DNA from: Azolla caroliniana
Taxonomy: Eukaryota; Plantae; Polypodiophyta
Direction of reading: 5' to 3'
Assembly: GCA_043228905.1 (NCBI GenBank)
Contig: JBHGNT010000015.1
Location: 15,934,001-15,998,000 of the forward strand
Length of the DNA: 64,000 nt
A model generated the notes under the pieces. It had not been told where the DNA came from, searched no databases, and worked only from the letters and a program-made list of their open reading frames with translations. Within the stretch, counting starts at the first letter, position 1. Each line of letters opens with the position of its first letter. The position numbers and the translations under genes are program-made. Below, piece by piece: positions 25,039 through 35,600 of the stretch.

Positions 25039-25796
25039 AACGACCTACAAACTGTCATACGCAGGTATTCAACAGCAATCGAATGCTTCTTGATCTTCCG
25101 CACAGACGACTTTGTCTCCAACATCTAGTATCAGAGCCTGCACAGTAGTCGGTCCTTCAATCTGCTGTCGGCCGTCGTCTCAGCATTCGGTTTCCTGCGT
25201 CATTCGAAAAAGAGAGAAGAAGAAGAAAAACGAGGCCTGCATCTCATCGCGTTAGATCATCTTTGCTTGGAGTAAGCCAGCAGGTTGTACTCCGTTCCTT
25301 GTGATCGTAACCGCTCGAGGTGAAATCCCCTTGTGCAACTTTGACAGGATCGTGCTCCATTCGGTTAAACGGCATCCGAAGAGGTCATCAAACGCTGCTC
25401 GCCGCTCGTTGTAACCACTCGGTGCAGATCGGTCTCAAGACAACAACCCCAAATTCGTGCTTCATCTGGCTGATCGACATTCGGGAGGATCAGTCGGATC
25501 CGTCTCTCTCGTTGCTGCAGTCAACCGAAGCAGAATCGGTCCAGATAATCGGTTTCAATAATCGGTATTCGGCATATATATCCGAAGCGAACCGGGCTCA
25601 CTCCGACTCGGCAACATTCGGGAAGACCAGTCAGTTCTGTCCCTCAAGCTACCGGAGTCAATTCGAGCAAGTTCCGAAGCCGAACCGACTCGGGTTCAAA
25701 TCCGACTAGAGCGATATCGGGTGAGCCAACCGGCTGCACTCCAACAAGGCTCGTAGTCAACTCCGAACCGAGCTTCGTCAACCGAAACCAAATTTG

Positions 25797-28169
25797 ATGG
25801 CATCAACATCCGGCTCGTCAGAAATGAGTCTACGAAAGTTCGATGGATCGAACTTCAACTTCTGGAAGGAACAAATGCAGGACTATCTCATAGTCAAGGG
25901 GCAAATCGATCCCATCGAAAATGAAGAACCTCCAGAAGGATACAAACCAGTTGAGTGGCAGAAGCTGGACAGAATCGTCCGCGCCACGATTCGGATGCAC
26001 CTATCAGAGTCGGTATACTTTACGGTGCAATCGTGTACGACAGCATTCGAACTGTGGAAAACACTGTCGGACACTTACGAAAAGAAGGTCGCCGCAACGA
26101 AGATGTTTCTGATCCGGCGCCTCTACAACTTGCGGATGAAAGAATCCGATTCGGTTCAAGCACACCTCAATGAGTACGAAAGCATAAGCTCCCAAATCTC
26201 GTCACAGGGGACGGCAATCGAGGATGAACTCAGAGCAATGATACTCATGAGCAGCCTTCCCTCATCATGGGAAACTTTCGTCACAACTGTGTGCAACGCG
26301 TCAACCACGGCTGTTAAATACTCCGAAGTCACGAGCGCGATCCTGACCGAAGCAGCTCGGAGAAAGTCTTTCGCCAAAGACTCAACAGAAGACGCTTATG
26401 TAGTACAAGGTTCGACAGACCGATCGAACATACGAGGAAGAGATTCCTCACGGCCGCCGAACAATCAGCGAAGACGGAGCCAGTCACGGGATAACCGAAT
26501 CTGCAACTATTGCAAGAAACCCGGACACATCAAAGCCGACTGCCGCGCACTCAAGAACAAGAACAACAAGAAGAGTGGCCGGCATGAGGAGATCAATTAC
26601 GTCAGCTTCTCAGCTGATGTACTACCGGACGACCCGAATATACTATCAATCGAAAATCCAGTCGGATCAGAAGTTCTACTCACGACTGAAGAATCAAGCA
26701 CATGGCTCTTAGATTCGGGCGCGTCATTTCACGTGACTCCTCATCGATCCCAATTTCGGCAATATACGATCCGTCACTCCGACTCAGTTCGAGTCGGCAA
26801 CTCACAACACTGTGACATCATCGGAATCGGCACAGTAGAGCTCAACCTTGCAGGTGGCTCTACACTTGTACTCCACAATGTCCGACATGTACCCGAGCTC
26901 TCAAGGCCATTGATCTCAGTCGGACAACTAGATGAAGACGGCATTCGTGCCGGTTTTTCTTCGGGAGGGTGGACACTCCACAGGGGGAACCTCCTGCTTG
27001 CTAGAGGACCCAAGATACACTCCCTGTATCCGTTACATGTTACGCTCAAAGAGGGTAACCTGTTTTTGGTGGATATTCCTGTGTCATCACTATGGCACCG
27101 AAGATTAGGACACCTCAGCAAGGCCGGCATCACGCACCTATCTAGAGCCGGATACATCCCCAAACTCTCCTTCTCGGACCATCAATTCTGCGAGCATTGC
27201 CAGTATGGCAAACAAGCAGCCGCATCACACCCGACAGTAGCACCAAGAGAAACGAGACCTCTCGATTTGGTCCACTCGGACGTCTGTGGCCCAATGCCGC
27301 ATCAGTCTCTCGGCGGTGCCTCTTACTTCGTCACTTTTATTCACGATTCGACTCGAAAGGTGTGGGCTTATCCAATTCGCACCAAAGATCGGGTCTTCTC
27401 GATCTTCACCGATTGGCTCGCTATGGTAGAAAATCAAACCGACCGAAAGCTGAAATGCTTTCGGACAGACAATGGGGGAGAGTTTAAATCCGAAGAATTC
27501 GTCAAATTCTGCCGACAACGCGGCATCCGACGTGAATTTACGGCACCACACAGTCCGGAGCAAAACGGGATTGCCGAACGCATGAATCGGACAATCCAAG
27601 AACGGATAGTTTCCATGCTCCAACACTCCAGACTGTCGGATGGCTTCTGGGCAGAGGCTCTACTCACGGCAGTACACATAATCAATATGTCGCCAAGTAG
27701 ACCTCTAGGACTTCAAATTCCTCAGGAACTATGGATCGGCAGTAAGCCGAATTACGACAAGCTGAGGATCTTCGGATGCGAGGCGTACGCCCTTATTCCG
27801 AAAGATGATCGCCGAAAACTTGCACCTCGGTCCAGGAAATGCATTTTCCTTGGATATGGATCCGACGGCGAAATGGGATACCGACTCTGGGACCCCGAAC
27901 GCAGACAAATCGTTCGAAGTTCGGACGTTGTGTTCAACGAGTCGGCTATGAATCCATCAGTCGAAAAACCGATCGAAGTCCGAAGGGTAACATTTTCCGA
28001 TGTGCCGACCCTTCAAGAAGGCCCTGCTCTCAACACACGGTCAGCTTCACGGGTAGCTGAACCTTACACTACCGACTCGGACAACCCCGACTCGGCACAG
28101 CAGAACAATCCGCTTTCGGACCATCCGGCCTTGATACCCGATGCGACCAGTCCAATCTTACCTCGCTGA
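25797..28169 (+). CDS. Copia B gag-protease-integrase polyprotein, ending at a premature TGA
   Basis: Zinc knuckle CNYCKKPGHIKADC, WLLDSGAS, LWHRRLGH..CEHC, HSDVCGP / RTDNGGE / NGIAER. The stop corresponds to R in copia A. Confidence 0.9.
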   Translation: MASTSGSSEMSLRKFDGSNFNFWKEQMQDYLIVKGQIDPIENEEPPEGYKPVEWQKLDRIVRATIRMHLSESVYFTVQSCTTAFELWKTLSDTYEKKVAATKMFLIRRLYNLRMKESDSVQAHLNEYESISSQISSQGTAIEDELRAMILMSSLPSSWETFVTTVCNASTTAVKYSEVTSAILTEAARRKSFAKDSTEDAYVVQGSTDRSNIRGRDSSRPPNNQRRRSQSRDNRICNYCKKPGHIKADCRALKNKNNKKSGRHEEINYVSFSADVLPDDPNILSIENPVGSEVLLTTEESSTWLLDSGASFHVTPHRSQFRQYTIRHSDSVRVGNSQHCDIIGIGTVELNLAGGSTLVLHNVRHVPELSRPLISVGQLDEDGIRAGFSSGGWTLHRGNLLLARGPKIHSLYPLHVTLKEGNLFLVDIPVSSLWHRRLGHLSKAGITHLSRAGYIPKLSFSDHQFCEHCQYGKQAAASHPTVAPRETRPLDLVHSDVCGPMPHQSLGGASYFVTFIHDSTRKVWAYPIRTKDRVFSIFTDWLAMVENQTDRKLKCFRTDNGGEFKSEEFVKFCRQRGIRREFTAPHSPEQNGIAERMNRTIQERIVSMLQHSRLSDGFWAEALLTAVHIINMSPSRPLGLQIPQELWIGSKPNYDKLRIFGCEAYALIPKDDRRKLAPRSRKCIFLGYGSDGEMGYRLWDPERRQIVRSSDVVFNESAMNPSVEKPIEVRRVTFSDVPTLQEGPALNTRSASRVAEPYTTDSDNPDSAQQNNPLSDHPALIPDATSPILPR

Positions 28170-28282
28170 TCCGAGAGACTGTCGCAACCTCCGGAGAGGT
28201 ATTCTCCTGGAATTTTCTTCACCGACGCCGGCGAACCGACGTCTTACGAAGAAGCATCGACTTCGACGAGATTTTTTCACCA

Positions 28283-29596
28283 GTGGTGAAAATGACAACC
28301 CTTCGTTTTCTACTCGGCGTAGTGGCAGCCGACAACTTGGAGCTGATTCAGCTAGATGTCAAAACAGCATTCCTCCATGGTGATCTTGACGAGGAAATTT
28401 ATATGGAGCAGCCAAAAGGCTTCGTGGCAACCGGCCAAGAACATCTAGTCTGCCGACTCAGGAAGAGTCTATACGGCCTCAAACAGGTACCGCGACAATG
28501 GTACAAGAAGTTCGACGACTTCATCCAATCGATCGGCTTCTCAAAAAGCGATGAGGACCATTGTCTCTTTACCAACACAGCTCAAGATGGATCACCCATC
28601 TTCCTCATCATTTACGTGGACGACATGCTAATTTCTGGACGCCACGCGGGCGAACTTGCCGATCTCATTCGACAACTGCGGTTGAAGTTTGCCATGAAGG
28701 ACCTCGGTCCGGCACGACACATCCTTGGCATGAAGATTAGTCGGCATCGCGATAAACGACATCTTTTTTTGTCTCAGACCGACTATACCCGACGTGTCTT
28801 AGAACGCTTCAACATGCAATCAGCCAAATCTGCTTCAACCCCGCTCCCCATGAATCTTCGGCTCTCTCAGCGAGACTGCCCGACATCCGGTCCGGAGGGG
28901 GAAGATATGAAGTCGGTACCGTATGCACCGGCAGTCGGCTCCCTTATGTACCTGATGGTCGCGACACGGCCTGATATTTCTCACGCCGTAGGAGTCGTTA
29001 GCAGATTTATGCACAATCCTGGCCGATCGCATTGGAACGCAGTCAAGCATGTGTTCAGATATCTGGCTGGCACAAAAGACCACGGCATTCTTTTCGGTCC
29101 GAACCGAACCTCAGGCGTAGTCGGTTACACCGACTCGGACTTCGCCGGCTGTATAGACAGTCGGAAATCAACAACCGGATACTGCTTCAAATTCGGCAAT
29201 GGAGCAATCTCGTGGAAGTCGAAACTTCAGGAGTGCACAGCGACCTCAACGACCGAAGCAGAATATGTAGCTGCGTCCGACGCAGCAAAAGAAGCTTTGT
29301 GGCTCGGTCGGCTGGCGCACACGTTTCGACAAGTCGACCATGACTCGGCTCCAGTTTTCTACAGCGACAGTCAAGGTGCTGTTGCCTTGTCGAAAAATCC
29401 GGTTCACCACAACGCCTCCAAACATATCGACGTTCGATATCACTTCGTTCGGGACTGCGTCATTTCAGGGAAAATCGGTCTAGAGAAAATATCCACAACC
29501 GACAATGTCGGAGATGGAATGACCAAGTGTCTTTCGGCAGACCGTTTTCGGTCTCTTCGGCATCAGATGGGCGTAACGACAAACCAGTCCGGTTAG
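28283..29596 (+). pseudogene. Copia B RT-RNase H, with N-terminal RT segment deleted
   Basis: QLDVKTAFLHG, IIYVDDML, STTEAEYVA, HIDVRYHF. EEAST is joined directly to FDEIFSP at ~28262 (TCGAC microhomology), missing ~75 codons present in copia A. Confidence 0.88.
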
Positions 29597-30083
29597 AGCC
29601 GGACACAAAGTAGGATGGTTCCCGACAACCGACATCAGTTCCTTAATGATCGGCTTCAACTGTTCCGACCCGACCAGTTCGGTCTTCTGCCTTCGGACCC
29701 TGCCGACTCGAACAAAGCTGATATGTCCGAGAACCTAAGTCTATACCTGTAATCTTAGATAACCCATGTATACGCCCATTACGGGGGAGTGTCGAATACA
29801 TGTGTATAATGGACGTATTCACACTATCCCGTTTTGGCCATTTATGTAATTAGCATAAAGGGTAGTTGCCCTAAGTCGGTCACTATATATAGTGACCTTG
29901 TAACCTTTTTGTAAGGTTGGATGTTGTATTATTGCTTTATGGAATAAGAAAGTCTTTTGTGCCTCTCTGTCTCTCTCTCTCTCTCTCTCTCTGTGCAACG
30001 ACCTACAAACTGTCATACGCAGGTATTCAACAGCAATCGAATGCTTCTTGATCTTCCGCACAGACGACTTTGTCTCCAACAGA

Positions 30084-30121
<38 letters not shown>

Positions 30122-30927
30122 CACAAAGGAAACGTTATATTCCAATAGCAACTGTTACAAAAGACAACCAACCTTCACTAAAGACAAAAGACATCCTAGG
30201 GCAACTGCCCTTTATGCTATTTACAGAAATAGCCCGAACTTGGGTTGTCCAAAGGGACAGTGTGAATCCTTGTTGCCGCTCGCTTAATACTTTCGCTCTG
30301 AATCGGATGGAGAACCTTACGTCGTCTTCGTCTTCCTGATTGACCACCCATCCGATTCCGGTCAGGCTCGTGTCCACGGCCATGTAAACCAGGGTACCCT
30401 CTCTATAAAGCACTTTCCGGAGGGTCGGTGCCGCAGTAAGCACCTCCTTCAGCCTTCGGACCAACTCCGCATGCTCCTCGTTCCATTCGAATTTGCGGCC
30501 CTTCTTCAGTAGCCGGTAGAGCGGTTCCGTGACATGTACGTAATACGGAATCCAGATATGGTAGAACGCGCACGCTCCCAGGAATCGCTGGACCTCCGTA
30601 ACTGACTTGCATTCTTCTCGTATTGTGGAGATGGCTTCCACCTTAGCCAAAGACGATTTTCGGCCATACAGCCCACACAAGTGCCCAACCACCAAGATTT
30701 TGGATTACCTGAAAGCCGACTTCTCTCCGGAGAAGGTGAGTCGCGCACCCTCGAGCCTCTGTAGCATCTTCTCGCGGTCGTTGATATGGTCTGTCACGAA
30801 CTTCCGGCATCTGTCTGGTCTGACTGATTCATTCTTTTCTTCTACCAGACATCCCTTGATCCTCATGTCGTCCAAAGATGGCATGTGATGTCCGGGATGC
30901 AGTCCCTCAACACTTTGTTCATCGCGT

Positions 30928-32663
30928 TGTCGTGTGGTTTTTCACACACGATATGAAAACTAGTAAAATAAGTATTTACGATTAGCTTAATATATGGATA
31001 TGGAAAGATAGATGTGTTCAAGAGCTTCATAGCGTATTTTACTACACATAAAACGGATAAACAAGTATCAAGTTATGTGAGTCTGAAGTTTGAAGAAAAG
31101 AAAAGAAAAGACAAAACTGTGGGATATCCCACATAGATAGGACAACATTGGAACCCAAGATATATAAGGGAAACCAAAACATATTCATTCTATCAATGTG
31201 TGGAGCATAGTGTGTTCAAGGTGACTTGGGCTACACTATGTGGTGTGCACGCTTCTACCATACGCGTGTATGCAAGAAACGCTTTGAGCGTACATGCGTG
31301 TGCATGGCTGTGTGGACGTTTTCGGATGTACGTGCGCATGGACGTCTTCGGATGTATGCGTGTGTGCAAGTTTCGGGCGTACGCGTGGACAGCATGGCTA
31401 CGTGGACGTTTTCGGACGTACATGCGCATGGACGTCTTCGGATGTATGCGTGTGTGCAAGTTTCGGGCGTACGCGTGGACGTTTCGAACAGACGCGTGTG
31501 TGCGGATAAGCGCGCGGATGCGTGGATGCGTACACTACGGTGCGGTTGAGACTTTTGCGCGCGGATGCGTACACGGTGCATGTTGGACGTGCACGCGTGT
31601 GCATGTGCATGGCTGTGTGGACGTTTTCGGATGTACGTGCGCATGGACGTCTTCGGATGTATGCATGTGTGCAAGTTTCGGGCGTACGCGTGGACGGCAT
31701 GGCTGCGTGGACGTTTTCGGACGTACGTGCGCATGGACGTCTTCGGATGTATGCGTGTGTGCAAGTTTCAGGCGTACGCGTGGACGTTTCGGACGGACGC
31801 GTGTGTGCGCACGCGCGCATGCGTGGATGCATACACTACGGTGCGGTTGAGACTTTTGCGCGTGGATGCGTACACGGTGCATGTTGGACGTGCGCGCGCG
31901 TGGATGCGTACACTACGGCGCGGTCGGGACGCGCGCATGCGTGGATGCGTACACTACTACGCGGTCGAGACTTTTGCACGTGGACGCGTCTACGGTTTGG
32001 TTGCGACGCACGTACGGATTGCACACGGGCTAAACTTTATGGATGATTGTGTCATTTGGCCGAATTATACGGACAATCGCATGCAACCAAAAACCAAGGC
32101 CATGCAACTAAAAGTAAAAGGCATGCATCCAAAAATGGAAGCATGCAACTAAAAGTAGAGGCCATGCAACTAAAAATAGAGGCCATCCAACTAAAAGTGG
32201 GGATGCAAAGTAACATTGGGGAGGAGGATCCACGAGGAGCTCAATATGTCCCATTTTTTCCCTCCTAGTTTTTTTTTTTTTTTTTTCCTCCCCCTTCTTT
32301 CTTCTTCCCTCTCGGATTCGAGAAACAAATTATCTCACATATTGATATCAAACTCCTAGCTTTGTTTACTTGATCTTTCTTGTCAAAAATTATCTCTCGT
32401 ATTCAGATCAGACCACTCCTTGCATGGTTGTTGGCTCCTTTCTTTGAAAATTTAATCTCTCATTTCCATACCCAACCCATTGTAACACGATTCTGAAATT
32501 ATAAAGAATAGATTTTCTTTTGAAATAAACTAATGATTTTTCTCTTCCACTTGTCTTATGCTTAAAACTTCCTTGTGTTGTACATGTTGCACTAAATCCT
32601 TCTAGTCCAGAACCCCGGCGGTTCCGTCTCACGATCCGCACATAGTGACGGATTTTCACGACA
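30928..32663 (+). mobile_element. Gypsy solo LTR related to the G3 LTRs, 4-bp TSD GCGT/ACGT
   Basis: TGTCGTG..CACGACA termini; both ends match 34680-35851. Flanks GCGT 30924-30927 / ACGT 32664-32667 restore the host codons MVNAMNK. Confidence 0.85.
31250..32200. repeat. Hierarchical purine-pyrimidine-alternating satellite within the solo LTR
   Basis: 90-bp units at 31302, 31392, 31607 and 31697 (305-bp higher-order period), built from ~22-24-bp TGGACG..CGG subunits. 21-bp CATGCAACTAAAAGTAGAGGC-like repeats at ~32080-32200. Confidence 0.9.
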
Positions 32664-35600
32664 ACGTTCACCATATGCGCCACCGAGTTGGTCCCTCCTT
32701 GCGGCAGGGTACACATCCACACTAGGCCGAGAGGGGTCTGCATCATCGTGATATCCCTACTCTCTACGCCTAGTTGGAATTGATCATATCCTGAGTACAG
32801 ATTGCCAACTGAGTAGATCAACCTTCTAGCGAAGACCTCCACGAACTCATCGATGGTTGGCCTGATCCTTGCATTACGAATGGTCACTTTATTAACAGCT
32901 GCAGGTTCTGAATGAAGCATTGATCTCTTCTTCGGAGCTAAGGGCACTGCACACCCTTAAACACTCTTCGACCCACTTATTTTCCCGTCCTCTCACACCG
33001 GTTATAGTACAACCTCAAGTATCGGGGAACTAAAATTTCTTATCTATGGTACACGTATGCGGTTTCTTCGGGGTGTCCAGACTATCGCGGCCCCACGCCC
33101 TAATAGCCCTCTCTAAAAATACTATCGGCCATCACTGCCGAGAGATTCGCAGTTACGCTCATGGTTCGGTTGCATAGTCAAAAATTCGACAGAGTGACGT
33201 CTGTCTTGGTTTTTCACCCATTGTCCAACACTTTGGTCTCCATACGAGCTGTCGTAATGTATGGTGCGAGGAAGTCCCCTGCACGAAAAAGTGTTGATCG
33301 ATCTCGACATCACCAATCGTCACACGTACATTCGGGCACGCCGCGTATAGCTCCTCCGTAGCACACGTAGCCACGCATATTTTCCACCCATGCTTGGCGT
33401 TGATTGGCCGCTTCCCCTTTTCGTAGAAATCCATGGACATCAGGTTGATTTCGGATCCATGGTCTATCTGGGCCACCGCCGGCTCTTGAACGTTCCCAAT
33501 CTGGACGGGTGTTTCCGTAGTTGCTCTCGCCCAATGTAGGTTCGAGTAGTGGCTATACGCCAATTCATCTTCGACGGTCGTGTCATCTAAGTACGCCGTT
33601 CGCACTTCCACGGGCTTTTGCGGTTCCGTCTCCGTCGCGAGCCTTTTACGCCTCCCTAGGTCTACGATGGAGTCATGGAACTCCTTGGTAATTCCCAACA
33701 CTTCCCTCAAAGACAACTCCACTCTTTTGTCGAGGATTCATTCTTCAAGGACTTTCCGTATGTCTATAGCCTTCTCTATTTCTGAGCCTTGCTGGTAGCC
33801 CGCCAGTTTCAGTCTTTCTTGTGAGCCGGGACAACCAGCAACATTTCTCTTCGGCACACTCCACGTCTCGTACTTGCTTATCTTCCACTAGAACCTCGTA
33901 CTTCTGGTAGGCCACTTCCACAAAACCGGTCTTCTCCTCGACCGGATCGTTCCACCCCGTAACCTCCCGGACCCACTTCTCCGCGCGGTCCGCTTCTTCC
34001 TTCCTCAACCGTCCTCCAAAAAATCCTTCCAAAACTAGTGGCCAAAACCTAGAGACTTTTGAATTCGGGTCGTTGTCGCCTCCGACCCGGATATTGGCTG
34101 ATGTCAAATAATGGATGGCCTCAGCGTGTTGCGTCGTGGCTTCTTCCATTAATCGTTTCATTCCGCCCCGACCGGTATTCCATCCCAAGGCTTCTCGAGT
34201 CTCACTCGCGTGCACCTACCCATTGCGTAAGTACACCACGTTGCTTCTGAGTGCCTCGCTAAAATCCGCGCAATCTCTTAGGGTGTGGCCAACCGCATCG
34301 CACCACATACATCATTGGTTGACCGGATGCCTTCGGTCACACGACTATTCCCCACTGTCTCTCCGAGCCTGCGTGATCTAGAGGTTCCATACCATCTTAG
34401 TGAGCTCTTCTAGGTTCGTGCCTCTGAACGGGCCCTTCACCACATCAGTTGAGACCGTACCGAACTCAATCCACCTTCACATCTCTTCTGTTCGAACCCG
34501 AATCGGTTCTTCAAGTTGTCTTCCCACTGTCGGTCTTGCTACCAATGGGCCCTCTTCTCTCCACTCACACCGTAAGTCGAAACGGCTGCAGACCCTTTTT
34601 ACCATGGCCTAGTTGGCCGTGAGCCCATCGTCCATCTCCAATAGGGGATCCAACTTCTCCCAATCCTATGTGTCCACGGTGTTGTGAAGATTTTCGCCAA
34701 TGGTGTGAAAATTGCGAGGAATGTCCAAAATCGAGTGTGGTTCTTTATACAAGACATAAAACAATGATAGTGAATATACTATTTTCGATTAGCTTAATAT
34801 CTTGGTACGGGAAGATGGAGGTCTTCAAGAGATTCCGAATGTACTTTACTACATTTGAAACGAACAAATAAATGTCAAGTTATGCGAATGTGAAGTTTGA
34901 GAAGAAGAAGAGAAAAACAAAAAACTATGAGATATCCCACATAGAAAGGACAAATCAGGATCCCACAGTATATAAGTAAAGCCAAAACTTATCACTTTTT
35001 GTTATGAGTGGAGCACAGAATGTTCTTGGGCTAAACTATGGCTTAACTACTCGTAATGGTTTTGGCGGAGCCGGAACCCAAACCGGCACCGGACAATGAT
35101 GGAACCGGAATCGGAACAGACGGATGGCGACGGAACCAAAACCGACATCGAAACCGGAACCGGAACGGATAAACCGGATCACCGGGTCGGAAGCAGACCG
35201 GATAGACGGATCGATCAGAGAGGTTGATCGCGACGATTTCGGTGTGAAACAAACAAAATCATCTAAACTGAAAAACCTATTAGAAATTTGTAATCAAAGG
35301 GATGCAAGCAAGGCTTGAACCTTGCACCTCCAAGGTTGGAGGCCATATACTTACCACTAGACTTAGTCATTTCCTTAAAAATGTTTTTTCTATCGTTATA
35401 ATTTTATATGTAAATTCTCATATTAGAGCTTGATTGAGTGACATGGTTATCATGCATCACATGTAATGCATGAGCGCCAAATGGCAAACATTCATCACAT
35501 GCATTGTATGCAGGTCTTGTACCATCACATGCATCATATGCATGGGGCCGTTTATAAAAGAGTGGATGAAGAAGAAAAAATGGAGCGATGTATTAATCAA

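Larger units (their letters stand above)
24826..30081 (+). mobile_element. Ty1/copia element B, recent, TSD GAGAG
   Basis: LTRs 24826-25123 and 29790-30081 are identical except for (CT)n length. PBS TAGTATCAGAGC 25126-25137, PPT 29783-29789, TSD GAGAG 24821-24825 / 30082-30086. Confidence 0.96.
19586..30267 (-). mobile_element. Ty1/copia element A (degenerate); its 5' LTR is split by copia B
   Basis: 3' LTR 19586-19884, PPT 19885-19891, PBS-iMet 24699-24710, 5' LTR 24713-24825 plus 30087-30267 (outer end and TSD deleted). Gag-PR-IN-RT-RH fragments 20030-24030. Confidence 0.9.

Noticed and set aside
27335-27350. FIHD instead of FIDD in copia B integrase
   Set aside because: Not one of the DDE catalytic residues; likely an ordinary point mutation.
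31193-32152. Overlapping Cys/His/Arg-rich ORFs in all six frames
   Set aside because: Produced by a stop-poor satellite inside a solo LTR; no protein motifs.
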